Source: an uncultured Rhizobium sp.
GTDB lineage: Bacteria; Bacteroidota; Bacteroidia; NS11-12g; UBA955
Direction of reading: 5' to 3'
Assembly: GCA_964408945.1 (NCBI GenBank)
Contig: CAYPBJ010000010.1
Span: 4,008-68,007, forward strand
Length of the DNA stretch: 64,000 nucleotides
Shown: positions 1 through 8,915 of the stretch, piece by piece
Position numbering within the stretch: position 1 is the stretch's first letter
Layout of the letters: each line of letters starts with the position of its first letter
The notes under the pieces: model-generated
The model's database searches: none
The model's input: only the letters and a program-made list of their open reading frames with translations
Told to the model about the DNA's origin: nothing
Program-made: the position numbers and the translations under genes

Positions 1-513
1 ACGGTTTTTTGAACTAACCACTGCCTCTGTTTTGGCCTGCTCAAATTGCAATTGCGCATTTTCCCATTCTTGGGAACTTATTACTTGCGACTCGAACAAT
101 TTTTTCTGTCTGTCAAAGGTGATTTTTGCGGTTTCTAAAGCCGTTTTTGCCCTCAATTCTTGAGCTTCAGCACCCGCCAAAGCCGCTCGGGAATTATCTA
201 AATTGGCCTTCAATTGGCTCAAGGTAGACTCGTAAATTTCAGGATTAATTCTCAATAATAATTGTCCCTTTACCACTGAATCGCCCTCTTGAACCAACAT
301 CTCGGTGATTTCTCCCGATACGTCAGGACTGATTTTTACTTCTTTTTCAGGTTGGATTTTACCCGTTACACTCACCAATTCAGTGATGGTTCTTTTGGAT
401 ACTTTTTCGGTGCTTACTTCCGTAATTTCCTTGCCCCCCTTAAAAATGGCTGATGCAGCGATGATTATGGCAACTACTGCCAAAACAATCCACAATATTT
501 TCTTCTTTTTCAT
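1..513 (-). CDS. Efflux transporter periplasmic adaptor (HlyD / membrane fusion protein family), N-terminal part; gene runs off the left edge
   Basis: My own reverse-strand translation from the ATG at 513 reads MKKKKILWIVLAVVAIIIAASAIFKGGKEITEVSTEKVSKRTITELVSVTGKIQPEKEVKISPDVSGEITEMLVQEGDSVVKGQLLLRINP. That is a membrane anchor followed by the lipoyl-like hairpin typical of MFPs. It lies 6 nt downstream of the TolC-like gene on the same strand. The track ORF 305..523 (+) is its antisense shadow. Confidence 0.8.
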   Translation of the reverse strand, partial: MKKKKILWIVLAVVAIIIAASAIFKGGKEITEVSTEKVSKRTITELVSVTGKIQPEKEVKISPDVSGEITEMLVQEGDSVVKGQLLLRINPEIYESTLSQLKANLDNSRAALAGAEAQELRAKTALETAKITFDRQKKLFESQVISSQEWENAQLQFEQAKTEAVVSSKNR

Positions 514-519
514 TGATGT

Positions 520-1986
520 TTAAAATTGGTTGAGAGCCTCTAAATTGTTCAAATACAGTGTTTCAATAATTAAATAGCGCAAGGTAGCTTCGTACTTGGC
601 ATTCAAGAATGACTGGTAAGCTGAAACTTCGTTGTTTTTTGCCATTTGCATTTCAAAAACGGTTGCTTGTCCTAAATCCATTCTTTTTTGCACAAATTCT
701 AAGTTGCGTTTTTGTACTTCGTGGTTTTGTTCTGCGGCATCGTATTGAGCGCTGGCATTCTCAAAATTCTGAAAGGCCAAAGTCACCTCATTGACAATGC
801 TTTGTTTAAGTCGAAGCTGATTTAACTGAGCTTGAGTGACAGCTACTTGAGCGCGTTTTACCTGGCTATGGGTTTGCAATTGTCCAAATACAGGCACCGA
901 AAGTGTTGCACCAAATGCCTGTCCAAAGTTGTCTTTAATTTGATTGTTGAACTCAATGGTCTGAGCTTCGTAATTAAAAGTAGGAGCCTCAACAATGTCA
1001 CCTGACCCTCGAACAATACCAATGGGTTGAACACCCGTTATGGTGTAGCCCGAAATTCTCTTAGCATTATCGGAATAAATGGTACTTAAACTTCCACCCA
1101 AGGAAAGGGAAGGAGTGAACGCGCCTTTGGCAATTTTTACGCCAACTTCGGCAGCTTTTGCGCGATACATAGAACTTTGGTAATCTGCTCTTCTATTCAA
1201 GATGCTGTCAATCAAAGCGGAATTCAATTCAACTCCCATGGTTAAACTCGGAAGAGTGACGTCGTTGTCTGCAATTTCAAAGGGCTCATCAAACGGAATG
1301 ACCAACATTCCTTTTAAGTTTAAGAGCCTGTTTTTATATTGGTTTAAGGCTTGTGTTTCTTGCGATCTTGCGTTAAAGTATTGGGCACGGGCAGCAAGTA
1401 CAACGCCTTCATTTGAGGCACCAAGTGCCTGGAGCTTTTCGGTGCGTTTTAAGTCTTGTTGTAGGGCCTCAGAGTTCAATTTAGCAGCCTTAAGTTGTTC
1501 TCTGGCTTGCATGGTCTGCAAATAGGCGAGACTCACACTCAAAGCCATGTTTTGTTTGCTTTGAATTAAATCTAAGGTGCTGGCTTGATAATTGTATTTC
1601 GACTGTTTAACAGCATTTCTCAATTGACCGCCAGCAAATACCACCCAATTTCCTTGCAGTTGAAAGGAACTATTTCCTACGGTGGTTTGAACAAATTGAT
1701 TGGTAAATCGGTCAATGCTTCTTCCGCTCTGATAGTATTGTCCAATCGATCCGTTTATTGAGGGACTTAAATTCAGTCCAGATTGCTGCATTTCTATATT
1801 GGCAGATTCAACACCTGCCGCCGATAAAAGAATATCTGGATTGTTTTTCAGCGCAATTTCAACGCACTCAGAGAGGCGATATGATTTTTTCTCAGATTGA
1901 GCATGCAATGGGGAGATTAAAAAAATACTCCCAATTAAACATCCCCCGAAAAAAAGAAAACTTCGAGCAGAGTTTTGACCAAACAT
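520..1986 (-). CDS. TolC-family outer membrane efflux protein
   Basis: 488-490 aa with a signal peptide (LISPLHAQSE). It shows the two-repeat coiled-coil/beta pattern typical of the OEP/TolC family and sits directly upstream of an MFP gene. The track starts at GTG 1992. I prefer ATG 1986 because a TAccTTTG box ends at 1994. Confidence 0.85.
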   Translation of the reverse strand: MFGQNSARSFLFFGGCLIGSIFLISPLHAQSEKKSYRLSECVEIALKNNPDILLSAAGVESANIEMQQSGLNLSPSINGSIGQYYQSGRSIDRFTNQFVQTTVGNSSFQLQGNWVVFAGGQLRNAVKQSKYNYQASTLDLIQSKQNMALSVSLAYLQTMQAREQLKAAKLNSEALQQDLKRTEKLQALGASNEGVVLAARAQYFNARSQETQALNQYKNRLLNLKGMLVIPFDEPFEIADNDVTLPSLTMGVELNSALIDSILNRRADYQSSMYRAKAAEVGVKIAKGAFTPSLSLGGSLSTIYSDNAKRISGYTITGVQPIGIVRGSGDIVEAPTFNYEAQTIEFNNQIKDNFGQAFGATLSVPVFGQLQTHSQVKRAQVAVTQAQLNQLRLKQSIVNEVTLAFQNFENASAQYDAAEQNHEVQKRNLEFVQKRMDLGQATVFEMQMAKNNEVSAYQSFLNAKYEATLRYLIIETLYLNNLEALNQF

Positions 1987-1993
1987 AAACACA

Positions 1994-2001
1994 CAAAGGT
2001 A
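1994..2001 (-). promoter_or_regulatory. Bacteroidota-type -7 promoter box (TACCTTTG) for the TolC-MFP operon
   Basis: Plus strand reads caaaggta, so the reverse complement is TACCTTTG, an exact TAnnTTTG match. There are 7 nt between the final G and ATG 1986. Confidence 0.5.
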
Positions 2002-2102
2002 CCGGAATGTAGATAAACTTCGTTAAATCAATCGATAAGCCGCGTAATTCTTCGTTTAATTATGTGGAAAAGATGGGTATTGAATCTCAAACAAAAGGTA
2101 TT

Positions 2103-2110
2103 TATATTTG
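2103..2110 (+). promoter_or_regulatory. Bacteroidota-type -7 promoter box (TATATTTG) driving the cobalamin riboswitch leader
   Basis: Exact TAnnTTTG match at 2103-2110. A TTG at 2080-2082 lies 20 nt upstream and is a candidate -33 element. The riboswitch begins a few nt downstream. Confidence 0.5.
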
Positions 2111-2117
2111 CATCGAG

Positions 2118-2300
2118 TTCTGGTTTCCACAACCACAGGCTTGGAAGTGGAATTAAAATGGGAACATCGGTGAAAAACCGAGACTGTACCCGCAGCTGTA
2201 ACCTCACGCCGCAAGGCAAACGTTTAGGGCATCTGAGCCACTGTGAATAACGGGAAGGCGCGCTAAATGAGGAAGTCAGAAGACCTGCCGCACTCAAAAA
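2118..2300 (+). promoter_or_regulatory. Cobalamin (B12) riboswitch
   Basis: Conserved core strings are visible in the sequence: aaaatgGGAAcatcGGTGaAAAaCCgagaCtGtaCCCGCaGCTGTAA (about 2154-2201), GCCACTGtgaataacGGGAAGGCg (about 2237-2260), and the B12 box gAAGTCAGAAGACCTGCCg (about 2271-2290). It sits in the 5' leader of a btuB-like TonB-dependent receptor. Confidence 0.88.
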
Positions 2301-2327
2301 ACAATCCGCTTTCGGGAATAAAGGCGC

Positions 2328-4208
2328 ATGAGAAAGGTAGTTAATAATATCGCACTATGCTTTTTGCTGTTGTCTGCTGAACCAATTTCAGCAACCCATT
2401 CTTGCGTGTTTAATACCGAGGTCGACTCCGCTTTAAATACCTTATTATTACCGCCCCATGATGTTCCAAAGAACATACCAAAATCAGATACCGTCTTTGT
2501 AAATATTAAGAGAATTTCTTTTGCCCAAGTAGGAAGACTATCGCAAAATGTTCCAATCAACGAGCAAGGAGCGGTTTTGACTCAAGACCTTTCGCATTCC
2601 GGTGCATTTTTTAAACAATACGGAATTTCCGGTTCGGCTACCATCAGTAAACGAGGTGCCGATGCCACTCAAACACAGGTTCTTTGGAACGGACTTCCCA
2701 TCAATCATCCCATGTTGGGAATGACGGATTTTAATAATTTTAGCACCTTTGGACTATCGGAACTTACTTTTATTGACGGTGGAAACTCCTCTATGTACGG
2801 CAGTGGAAGTGTGGGCGGTACAGTTCTGATGAATCACGATGCAGAGTTTGATCAAGGAAAAAAAATGCAAGGAAGTCTCTCTTATGGAAGCTTCAATAAT
2901 GTGCAATGGGCTGGCATGCTTGGGTACTCGGGTGAAAAAGCCGTAGTTGTGTTTTCACATTCTCAGGTCCGTTTTAAAAATCAATTCACTTATTTTGATC
3001 GCGGATTTGATAAACTTCAAACGGCACAGAATGCTGAATTCATTCAAAAAAATTCTAGATTGCTCACATCCATTAAGGCAACTAGGCATAGCCAAACCAA
3101 ACTAGTGTTGGAATTGGCAAATATGGACCGTGGACTCGGAAGTCTAACCGGAAGTTATAATCTTTTAGGAAACCAAAAAGATCAATCAATCAGAGGTGTT
3201 TTAGAGCACAAATATCACAAGGGAAAATTTGCGTGGATTCAAAAATTTGGTGGTAGCCAAGATATTATTGTTTACACTCAAGCGGGAATTCAAGACAGCA
3301 GTCAAGCGCAGTTGAGATTCGCCATGACAGAGCTGTATTTTACGGTCAATTCTAAAACTCAAATATTGACGGGATTGGATTTTCAACAACAAATCGGCAA
3401 TACCCGCTATTATCAAATAACGCAAATCAGAAATTTACCAGCGCAATTCTTATCCATCAGAAAAAAACACAATAAAACAGATTGGCTAGCCAGCACCCGA
3501 TGGGAATGGAATGAAAGAATTCCATCAGCAGGTATAGGGCAAGAAACTCAATTGGGTAAAAATTGGTTGTTCAAATCTGACATCCACACTAGCTTCAGAA
3601 GAGCTACCTTAAATGATTTGTATTGGGCTCAACCGGGTAATGTGCATTTGAAAAGTGAAACGGGTTGGGAAGTAGAATCTGGTTTTGCCAATAGAGACAA
3701 AAAACTCAAATGGGAGCTTACCGCATTTTACAGAGAATTAAACAACCCTATAATTTGGCTACCCCAAGGAGGTTTATGGTCGGCAATAAATTACCATTTT
3801 GGTCGATATTACGGTTTGCAGGGAAGTATTCAAAATCAGTTTAAAAGTTTCTTTGGAAAAGTAACTGCTGATTGGGTTCGTACCGCGGTAAAAGTAAACG
3901 AGTCTAGCGATTTTCTTCAGCAAATTTTCATTCCTGATTTAATGTCTAATGCCCAAATAGGTTATAAATGGCAGCATTGGATTTTCTCATCCAATTGGTC
4001 ATATACTGGAAATAGATTCATTCAAACCGACAATGAAAAAGTCATGAAGGCATACCAACTATGGGCAGCTCAGGTGCAATACACGCCCAAACATAAATAC
4101 ACCTTCTCGCTAAACGCTCAAAATTTGTTGAATACAGTTTATGAAAACATGCCCGGAAGGCCCATGCCCGGCAGATCAATCCAAATACAAATGAACATAA
4201 AACTATAA
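2328..4208 (+). CDS. btuB: TonB-dependent outer membrane receptor, BtuB-like (cobalamin/corrinoid receptor)
   Basis: 626 aa with a signal peptide, a plug domain (GADATQTQVLWNGLPINHPMLGMTDFNNFS; IDGGNSSMYGSGSVGGTV) and a long beta-barrel region. The size matches BtuB-type small TBDTs. It lies directly behind a cobalamin riboswitch. Confidence 0.85.
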   Translation: MRKVVNNIALCFLLLSAEPISATHSCVFNTEVDSALNTLLLPPHDVPKNIPKSDTVFVNIKRISFAQVGRLSQNVPINEQGAVLTQDLSHSGAFFKQYGISGSATISKRGADATQTQVLWNGLPINHPMLGMTDFNNFSTFGLSELTFIDGGNSSMYGSGSVGGTVLMNHDAEFDQGKKMQGSLSYGSFNNVQWAGMLGYSGEKAVVVFSHSQVRFKNQFTYFDRGFDKLQTAQNAEFIQKNSRLLTSIKATRHSQTKLVLELANMDRGLGSLTGSYNLLGNQKDQSIRGVLEHKYHKGKFAWIQKFGGSQDIIVYTQAGIQDSSQAQLRFAMTELYFTVNSKTQILTGLDFQQQIGNTRYYQITQIRNLPAQFLSIRKKHNKTDWLASTRWEWNERIPSAGIGQETQLGKNWLFKSDIHTSFRRATLNDLYWAQPGNVHLKSETGWEVESGFANRDKKLKWELTAFYRELNNPIIWLPQGGLWSAINYHFGRYYGLQGSIQNQFKSFFGKVTADWVRTAVKVNESSDFLQQIFIPDLMSNAQIGYKWQHWIFSSNWSYTGNRFIQTDNEKVMKAYQLWAAQVQYTPKHKYTFSLNAQNLLNTVYENMPGRPMPGRSIQIQMNIKL

Positions 4209-4210
4209 TT

Positions 4211-5206
4211 ATGAAAATTAAAAATATCATTCTCAGTGCTTTTTTAAGCATCTCAACCATGGCTATCAAAGCTCAAACCCCAACGGTGCGCACCTGGGGA
4301 TTTGAAGAGTTTTACCAAAACGGACTAGACTCTGGGCAAGTTTGGGATGGTTCAGAAGGTAAAAAATCTATAATATTGGATATTCCTAACTTCTTCAACA
4401 TGGAATTGCTAACCGGTTGGGACACTTCATGGGGCGGATATTGGTCAAAAAACTGGGTGCTTACTGCAAAAGATTACAACACCGAAGAGCCTTCTGATTT
4501 TGCAAAACACATTTATTCGGTAAAGCCAGATATTGACAATGAAAATACAGGTCGAGTTCATGCTATTGGAAAATCTGGGGCATACATTCTCAATCGCCCT
4601 AAATACAAAGAATTTCAAGACATTGCCTACTTCAAGGTAGCAAATACCACTTTTGCCTACAACAGCATGAAGTTTGGCGACAATTTCGCCAAAAAATTCA
4701 CTCCAGCTGATTACGATACCTTTGTATTGTCAGTAAAAGTCTACAAAAAAGACTCTTTTATTGCAGAAAAAAGGGTTTACCTCGCTGATTTTAGACTTGG
4801 AATAAATAGTTATATAGCAAGCAATTGGATAGAAGTAATCATGCCACTCTCCGGCGATAGCATCACTTTCAATTTGGAAAGTTCTGACAACGGCGATTTT
4901 GGAATGAATACCCCCGCTTATTTCGCTTTAGATGAAATTACATTGATTGGGCCGGCGTCGGTTAAAAAAATACCTTCACAAAACGTTTTGGTTTATCCAA
5001 ATCCAGCTACAGATCAATTGAATTTTAAAAACATTCCTGTTTCTATTTCAAAGGCTTCTTGCATTGACGCTCTAGGCCGTAAACTCGAATTGACTTTGAA
5101 TCCCCAAGGTTCTGCCAATGTCAGCGATCTAAAATCAGGGATTTATTGGGTTGAATTGCAAGATATCAAAGGAGTTACTTACAGATCTTCTTTCATCAAG
5201 AATTAA
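4211..5206 (+). CDS. DUF4465-like secreted protein with T9SS C-terminal sorting domain
   Basis: 331 aa with a signal peptide (ISTMAIKAQT). The central region matches what I remember of the DUF4465 profile (GYWSKNWVL; VANTTFAYNSMKFGDNFAKKF; NTPAYFALDEI). The C-terminal ~80 aa look like a Por_Secre_tail (VLVYPNPATDQLNF...GIYWVELQDIKGVTYRSSFIKN). It starts 2 nt after the btuB-like gene. Confidence 0.75.
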   Translation: MKIKNIILSAFLSISTMAIKAQTPTVRTWGFEEFYQNGLDSGQVWDGSEGKKSIILDIPNFFNMELLTGWDTSWGGYWSKNWVLTAKDYNTEEPSDFAKHIYSVKPDIDNENTGRVHAIGKSGAYILNRPKYKEFQDIAYFKVANTTFAYNSMKFGDNFAKKFTPADYDTFVLSVKVYKKDSFIAEKRVYLADFRLGINSYIASNWIEVIMPLSGDSITFNLESSDNGDFGMNTPAYFALDEITLIGPASVKKIPSQNVLVYPNPATDQLNFKNIPVSISKASCIDALGRKLELTLNPQGSANVSDLKSGIYWVELQDIKGVTYRSSFIKN

Positions 5207-5208
5207 AC

Positions 5209-6258
5209 ATGAGATTTTTGGCTTTTTTTCTGGGGATATTTTTAGCTCTTGGAAGCCTGGTTACTTCGTGCACTCCCGAGGACAAACCTGCACCGTCACC
5301 TAAAAATATTCCCTTAGCCAAAGTTCTCATCTTGTGTGAAGGCAATTTCTTATGGGAAAACGCCCAACTCGATGTTTGGCTGCCAGATAGCCAAATCCTC
5401 ATTTCTAATGCCTACGAATTGCAGAATAACAAGCCATTGGGCGATGTTTTGCAGTCGGGATTGTACGCAAACGGTCGACTTTGGCTTTCAGTAAATAATT
5501 CAGGAAAAATTCTGGAGTTGGATCCTAAAACGCTGATCGAAACCAAAAAGAATATCAGTCCAAACTATCCGCGTTATATGGCATATTCTTTGGCATTTCA
5601 GTCGTTGTTTGTAACCGATTTGAAGAAAAATCGAGTTCGTGAATTGGATGCACAGAGTTTGATACTCAAGCACGAATATCCTGTCTTGCCTCAAAAAATG
5701 GGGGAGTTTTCGGGTTGGACAGAACACATCCTGGAATGGAATCAAAAAATAGTTGCCGCCAACTTAGACGGAAATATCCTCATCATGGATCCTGTTTTGA
5801 AAAGTCAAAAACTTATAAAAGTAGATTCGGGTGCCCAATATTTAGCTGTTGATAAACAAAATCAATTGTGGGTAGTATCCAGCAAAGCAAATGAGTCGAG
5901 TATAACGTTGGTTGATGCTGATGAGCCTCCAAAAGTTTATCGTTTAAATATGCCCATTCAACGCATTTCTTTGGGGGTAAACAAAGATACCTTGTGGGTT
6001 CTCAATCAAAATCGAGTTCATTTTATAGATTTAAAGAACACGTCCTCGGGCGTTATTTTGAATCAAGCATTTACAATAAAAGATGCTCAAAACATATATT
6101 CAATGGGGGTGCATCCTCAAACGGGAGAATTTTACCTCGGCGATGCTCGAGACTATGTGAGTGCAGGAAAAGTTTTCATTTATAGTGCTGATTTTAAGTA
6201 TATAAAAACTCTTGAGACTGGAGTCATTCCCACTGACTTTGTCTTTGTGGGGTTGTAA
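5209..6258 (+). CDS. Beta-propeller lipoprotein (YncE-like / DUF5074-like cell-surface protein)
   Basis: 349 aa with a lipoprotein signal (LALGSLVTSC) followed by TPEDK. Repeated blade-like segments are visible (ILCEGNF..., GRLWLSVNNSGKILELD, QSLFVTDLKKNRVRELD, NQLWVVSS, GEFYLGDARDY). It starts 2 nt after the DUF4465-like gene and ends the riboswitch-led cluster. Confidence 0.7.
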   Translation: MRFLAFFLGIFLALGSLVTSCTPEDKPAPSPKNIPLAKVLILCEGNFLWENAQLDVWLPDSQILISNAYELQNNKPLGDVLQSGLYANGRLWLSVNNSGKILELDPKTLIETKKNISPNYPRYMAYSLAFQSLFVTDLKKNRVRELDAQSLILKHEYPVLPQKMGEFSGWTEHILEWNQKIVAANLDGNILIMDPVLKSQKLIKVDSGAQYLAVDKQNQLWVVSSKANESSITLVDADEPPKVYRLNMPIQRISLGVNKDTLWVLNQNRVHFIDLKNTSSGVILNQAFTIKDAQNIYSMGVHPQTGEFYLGDARDYVSAGKVFIYSADFKYIKTLETGVIPTDFVFVGL

Positions 6259-6269
6259 AGTCTTAACCT

Positions 6270-6277
6270 TATCTTTG
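6270..6277 (+). promoter_or_regulatory. Bacteroidota-type -7 promoter box (TATCTTTG)
   Basis: Exact TAnnTTTG match, with 7 nt between the final G and ATG 6285 of the LptF/G-family gene. A TTG at 6245-6247 is a possible -33 element. Confidence 0.5.
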
Positions 6278-6284
6278 CAACCGC

Positions 6285-7733
6285 ATGTTGCGAATCAAGA
6301 ATATCGACAAACTGGTACTCCGATCTTATGTGGGTCCATTCATTGTCACTTTTGTACTGAGCTTATTTTTATTCTTGATGCAATTCCTTTGGAAGTACAT
6401 CGATGAGCTCGTTGGAAAAGGAATTCCAACAGGTGTCATGTTGAAATTGATTGGACTTTCATTAGCCGATTTGGTTCCGATGGCCCTTCCGCTAACGGTG
6501 ATGGTCGCTGCCCTGATGACGTTTGGTAACCTATCGGAGAGTTTTGAATTGGTAGCCATGAAAAGCAATGGAATTTCACTGCTCAGAATTTTGAGACCTA
6601 TCTTTATCTTCATGTCTATTTTGGTAGTTGCCAATTTCTTTTTCCTGAATTATATCATCCCTAAGGCCAATCTCGAATTCAAAGCGATGCTTTTAGATTT
6701 AAGGTCTAAAAAGCCCGCTTTCAACATTGAACCAGGGCAGTTTTATCAGCAAATTGATGGAGTAGCCATCAGGGTTGGAGAGAAAGAAGCTGACAACGAA
6801 ACGGTCAAAGACGTACTCATATACGAATACAAACAAGACGATAGTAAACGTTTAAACGTGATTAGAGCAAAACACGGAAAAATGGTGATGTCGCCCGATA
6901 AGCGTTTTCTCAATCTAACCCTATATAAGGGCGTTCGTTACGAAGAAATGACCTCGGCCGAAGACTATCGGAAAACCATGCCTTTCAACCAAATGTTTTT
7001 CGAAAAACAAAGCATGGTCATTGATTTATCAAGCCTGGATTTCACCTTTTCCAATCGCGAAAGAATGGCCACTGATTACAGATTGTTGAACGTAAAAAAA
7101 TTATTGCTAGAGATTGATTCATTCCACATGAGAATGGAAAAGCATAAAGACGACAATGCACAATATTTGAGCAGATTGATGCATTATCGAAACTTGTTTC
7201 CATCGCCCGTTCAAAATCAACCCCAAAATGCAATTAACAACTATATTGAGTTGAAAAAACCCAATATTTATCAAAATTTTGACTCATCACAATGGGCGTC
7301 GATGAGGTCTTTAGCCGTTTCCACGGCACGAGGAATGAAAGGCACTCTAGAAGGGTATGCTGCAACTCAAAAATATGAATATAAAGATGTTGCACTCTAT
7401 CAATCAGAATTACACAAGAAATTCTCTTATTCCTTTTTATTGATGATGCTCTTTCTCATCGCAGCACCTTTAGGCGCCATCATTCAAAAAGGGGGAATAG
7501 GTCTACCTTTGGTAATTTCCGTATTGCTTTTTGTGCTTTTTTACGCCATCAATATCACTGGTGAAAAAATGGGTAAGGAGTTGGTTTTTCCTGTTTGGTT
7601 TGGAATGTGGATGAGCACATTGGTGCTGCTTCCTATTGCCTTTGTTATTACATTTCAAGCTCTTAGAGATAGATCTACTGTGGGTGGCGGATTTTCATTC
7701 AAACGTTTATTCGTTAAAAAGACGTCCAAATGA
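6285..7733 (+). CDS. LptF/LptG-family (YjgP/YjgQ) LPS export permease
   Basis: 482 aa. The N-terminus reads LRSYVGPFIVTFVLSLFLFLMQFLWKYIDELVGKG. The layout is three N-terminal TM segments, a large central periplasmic domain and three C-terminal TM segments, as in LptF/G permeases. Confidence 0.8.
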   Translation: MLRIKNIDKLVLRSYVGPFIVTFVLSLFLFLMQFLWKYIDELVGKGIPTGVMLKLIGLSLADLVPMALPLTVMVAALMTFGNLSESFELVAMKSNGISLLRILRPIFIFMSILVVANFFFLNYIIPKANLEFKAMLLDLRSKKPAFNIEPGQFYQQIDGVAIRVGEKEADNETVKDVLIYEYKQDDSKRLNVIRAKHGKMVMSPDKRFLNLTLYKGVRYEEMTSAEDYRKTMPFNQMFFEKQSMVIDLSSLDFTFSNRERMATDYRLLNVKKLLLEIDSFHMRMEKHKDDNAQYLSRLMHYRNLFPSPVQNQPQNAINNYIELKKPNIYQNFDSSQWASMRSLAVSTARGMKGTLEGYAATQKYEYKDVALYQSELHKKFSYSFLLMMLFLIAAPLGAIIQKGGIGLPLVISVLLFVLFYAINITGEKMGKELVFPVWFGMWMSTLVLLPIAFVITFQALRDRSTVGGGFSFKRLFVKKTSK

Positions 7734-8911
7734 AGATTTTAGTCGTTGGAAATCGATTTCCCTGGCCCCTGCACGATGGCGGAGCCATTGCCTCCTACCG
7801 ATTGCTCAAGTCTTTGAGTAGTGCCGGACATGAAATCGTCTTTTTTTCCTTCAATACGGATAAACATCATGTATCATCAGAATCTATCCAAAAGGAATTT
7901 TCTTTTTGCAGAACCGTTTCCATTTCTTTGAACGCGGATGTTAAACCATTGGATGCGCTAAAAAATCTTTTTAAACCGAATAGCTATTTTATAGAGAGAT
8001 ACATTCAAAAAGAAGCCCAAACACAATTACAACTATTGGCTTCGAAAGAGAAATTTGATCTTGCGATTCTCGAAGGATTTTATTCTTCTGCATTTTTACC
8101 CGTATTGAAAGATCAAATACCCCTTATTTATAGAGCACATAATCTTGAATACCAAATTTGGAATCGATTAGCCGAAAATGAATCATCATGGCTCAAGCGA
8201 ACGTACTTGAAAATCCAAGTGAAACGCCTTAAAAAGGAGGAGATCAACCTACTTAATCATGTCAATGCAACCATTGCCATTTCACCCAATGATGCGTCTA
8301 TTTTCCAGCAATTAAGTCCCAAACCTGTACATCTCTATCTTCCCGGAGTGGAAATTCAAATCAACGGAAAGTCAAAGTTGCAGCCCCAAAGGTTGTTTCA
8401 TTTGGGTTCGATGGAATGGGATGCCAACCGGCAGGGTGTAGAATGGTTTTTGAGAAAAGTTTGGCCATTAGTATTGTCTGCACATCCAGATTTGACCTTT
8501 CATTTAGCCGGAAAAGGACTCAAAAAGAGCGATTCAAAATACTTTCAACAGGGGGTTATGAATCACGGTGAAGTCAATGATGCCCGAGAATTCATGCTCA
8601 ATCATGGAATTTGCATTGTACCCATTCTTGCGGGTTCTGGCATAAGAATGAAGCTTTTGGATGCCATGAATTTTGGAATTCCTTGTGTTGCGACAAGCAT
8701 TGGTGCACAAGGTCTAAAGGTTGAATCGGGCAATCAATTGGAAATTGCAGATAATCCCAAAGACTTTGCAGCAAAAATCATAGGACTCTTGAATGACCGA
8801 TTGAAAGCCATTCAAATGGGCAAAAATGCCGCCGCTTATATTCAAGAAAATCACAATCCAGTCATCAATTTCGATAAACTGAATCAATTTATAGTATCCG
8901 TTAGATTATAA
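7730..8911 (+). CDS. Glycosyltransferase, GT4 (GT-B fold) family
   Basis: 393 aa. The N-terminus MKILVVGNRFPWPLHDGGA and the C-terminal half (ICIVPILAGSGIRMKLLDAMNFGIPCVATSIG) are typical of GT4 enzymes. Its ATGA start overlaps the upstream stop. Confidence 0.75.
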   Translation: MKILVVGNRFPWPLHDGGAIASYRLLKSLSSAGHEIVFFSFNTDKHHVSSESIQKEFSFCRTVSISLNADVKPLDALKNLFKPNSYFIERYIQKEAQTQLQLLASKEKFDLAILEGFYSSAFLPVLKDQIPLIYRAHNLEYQIWNRLAENESSWLKRTYLKIQVKRLKKEEINLLNHVNATIAISPNDASIFQQLSPKPVHLYLPGVEIQINGKSKLQPQRLFHLGSMEWDANRQGVEWFLRKVWPLVLSAHPDLTFHLAGKGLKKSDSKYFQQGVMNHGEVNDAREFMLNHGICIVPILAGSGIRMKLLDAMNFGIPCVATSIGAQGLKVESGNQLEIADNPKDFAAKIIGLLNDRLKAIQMGKNAAAYIQENHNPVINFDKLNQFIVSVRL

Positions 8912-8915
8912 TCCA

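Noticed and set aside
305-523. Track ORF of 72 aa on the plus strand
   Set aside because: It lies entirely antisense to a clear HlyD/MFP-type reading frame that starts at 513 on the minus strand. It is hydrophobic mirror-frame noise with no promoter or family features.
2028-2560. Three track ORFs (2028-2297 minus, 2062-2250 plus, 2294-2560 minus) in the btuB leader region
   Set aside because: They cover the cobalamin riboswitch and the 5' end of the btuB-like gene. The RNA element explains the conservation-like features of the region, and the ORFs have no coding signatures.
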